Part shown: positions 35,710-36,984 of the stretch, piece after piece | How positions within the stretch are numbered: the stretch's first letter is position 1 | Layout of the letters: each line of letters opens with the position of its first letter | NCBI GenBank assembly: GCA_963592455.1 | Contig: CAVAWS010000063.1 | Location: 1-36,984 of the forward strand | Length of the DNA: 36,984 bases | Direction: 5' to 3' | DNA from: Paratractidigestivibacter sp. | GTDB lineage: Bacteria > Bacillota_I > Bacilli_A > RF39 > UBA660 | The notes under the pieces: model-generated | The model's database searches: none | What the model saw: only the letters and a program-made list of their open reading frames with translations | What the model was told of the DNA's origin: nothing | Translations under genes and position numbers: made by a program

Positions 35710-36468
35710 ATGAAAGCATTAGTAACAGGTGCATCAAGTGGAATAGGAAAAGAATTTTCTATTATACTAAGTAACATGGGATATGATTTAGTTTTAGTTT
35801 CAAGAAATGAGACAGAGTTAAAGAAAGTAGCTAAGTTGTGTAAGGGTAATGTAGAAATATACAAAGTAGATTTAACTAAGAAAGAGGAATGTGTAAAATT
35901 ATTTAATAAGTACAAAGATATTGATTTATTAATAAATGATGCAGGTTTTGGACTATTTGGTTCTTTTGATAACACTTCTTTAAATAAAGAGTTAAACATG
36001 ATAGATTTAAATATTAAAGCAGTTCATATTTTAACGAAATTATATTTAAAAGAAATGATATCAAAAGACTCTGGAAGAATACTTAATGTAGCGTCTTCTG
36101 CGGCGTTTTTACCAGGCCCTCTTATGGCAACGTATTATTCAACAAAATCATACGTTTATCGTCTTACAACGGCTATTTACGAGGAATTAAGACGTATTAA
36201 GTCTAATGTTAAAGTATCTGTTTTATGCCCAGGACCAGTTAAGACTAATTTTAACAAAGTAGCAGATGTAGAATTTTCTGTTAAGGGACTATCTAGTTAT
36301 TACGTTGCAGATTATGCACTTAAAAAAATGTTTAAAAATAAACTAGTTATAATTCCTGGATTCATCCCAAAACTAGGTATGGTAGCTAGTAAGATTTTCC
36401 CATTAAAATTAGTTGCAAGAGTAGATTATAATATACAAAAGAAAAAAGAGGTGCAAGATGAAAAATAA
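35710..36468 (+). CDS. SDR family oxidoreductase
   Basis: ALVTGASSGIGKE (TGxxxGxG), NDAGFG, NVASSAAF, catalytic YSTKSYV (YxxxK), PGPVKT. Confidence 0.85.
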   Translation: MKALVTGASSGIGKEFSIILSNMGYDLVLVSRNETELKKVAKLCKGNVEIYKVDLTKKEECVKLFNKYKDIDLLINDAGFGLFGSFDNTSLNKELNMIDLNIKAVHILTKLYLKEMISKDSGRILNVASSAAFLPGPLMATYYSTKSYVYRLTTAIYEELRRIKSNVKVSVLCPGPVKTNFNKVADVEFSVKGLSSYYVADYALKKMFKNKLVIIPGFIPKLGMVASKIFPLKLVARVDYNIQKKKEVQDEK

Positions 36469-36910
36469 AGGATTTACATTAATAGAATTATTAGCAGTTA
36501 TAGTATTAATTGGATTAGTTGGAACAGTAGGTATTTCATCACTAATTAGAACAAGAAAAAACACTAATATAAAATTAGCTAAAGAAATGGAAAATGATAT
36601 TAAAGTAGCAGGAGAAAACATGTTTAGTTATGAGAAGATTTCTGGTAATGGTGCTTTTAATACAGCATATAAGTCATTAGGAAGTAATGCTATTTACATA
36701 AGCTTAGAAACATTAAAAAGCAAGGGATATTTAAAAACTGATAAACTAAAAAATCCAGCAAATGATAGTAAGGAATGTGAAGGATATCTAGAAATTAAAA
36801 AAACTGATTCTGGACCAGAATTTAAGGGTCATGTAAAGTGTGACAAATTATATGCAACAGATAATCCTTATCATGCTCCATCAAATTATTTTGATAATTT
36901 ATCTGATTAA
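36458..36910 (+). CDS. prepilin-type N-terminal cleavage/methylation domain protein (type IV pilin or pseudopilin-like)
   Basis: MKNKGFTLIELLAVIVLIGLVGTVGIS is a class III signal peptide (G/FTLIE). The C-terminal Cys pair is ECEGY...VKCDK. The ATG overlaps the SDR gene by 11 nt, with GAGGTG 5 nt upstream. Confidence 0.8.
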   Translation: MKNKGFTLIELLAVIVLIGLVGTVGISSLIRTRKNTNIKLAKEMENDIKVAGENMFSYEKISGNGAFNTAYKSLGSNAIYISLETLKSKGYLKTDKLKNPANDSKECEGYLEIKKTDSGPEFKGHVKCDKLYATDNPYHAPSNYFDNLSD

Positions 36911-36984
36911 AAATCATAGCAAAGCCAAGGTTAATGTAAAGAGTTTTGGGGATTTATAGTAAAAATATTAAAATGCAGGATTGT

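Noticed and set aside
35625-35999. 124-aa minus-strand ORF overlapping the rplQ terminator and the 5' part of the SDR gene.
   Set aside because: It lies opposite a well-supported SDR ORF (TGxxxGxG and YxxxK motifs), spans a terminator hairpin, and has no RBS.
1-36984. Scanned by eye for rRNA or tRNA genes, CRISPR repeats, IS, transposase or integrase genes, prophage remnants, and toxin-antitoxin or defence gene signatures.
   Set aside because: None was found. Intergenic regions are short and are explained by promoters, RBSs and terminators. Every ORF over 100 aa on the coding strand is either housekeeping or listed above as hypothetical.

Overview
Strongly AT-rich, tightly packed and almost entirely plus-strand chromosomal core region of an endospore-forming low-GC Bacillota (spo0A and gerQ are present; I cannot name the species). 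Left to right: ung (3' fragment), lemA and gerQ (minus strand), pduL, dusB, a two-gene membrane-transporter locus, a clpC-like gene, cysS, three poorly characterised small genes, clpP (minus strand), a TGS-uridine-kinase fusion, a glycolytic gap-pgk-tpiA block interleaved with cell-envelope genes, a small unknown ORF, spo0A, a BI-1/YccA membrane protein and a candidate sortase substrate. Then comes the complete S10-spc-alpha ribosomal protein cluster (rpsJ to rplQ, including secY, adk, infA, rpoA and an rpmJ that the ORF track missed), followed by an SDR oxidoreductase and an orphan prepilin-like gene. I saw no rRNA, tRNA, CRISPR array, transposase, integrase or recognisable defence or toxin module. 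I found no convincing self-contained novel system; most of the window is housekeeping. The points most worth follow-up are: (1) a YfcC-type transporter split in its central loop, with a histone-H1-like Lys/Ala tail on one half and a DUF5684-like hairpin on the other; (2) a ClpC paralog whose second AAA+ module has lost Walker A and B but keeps an IGF ClpP-docking tripeptide; (3) pgk and tpiA translationally coupled to a flippase-like membrane protein and a GT4 glycolipid synthase, with a surface Ig-domain protein inserted between gap and pgk; (4) a structured-looking, GC-enriched leader in front of rpsJ; (5) absence of rpmD and map from their canonical slots; (6) an NPQTD-type sorting signal. 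All functional calls rest on motif recognition by eye and need HMM or BLAST confirmation.
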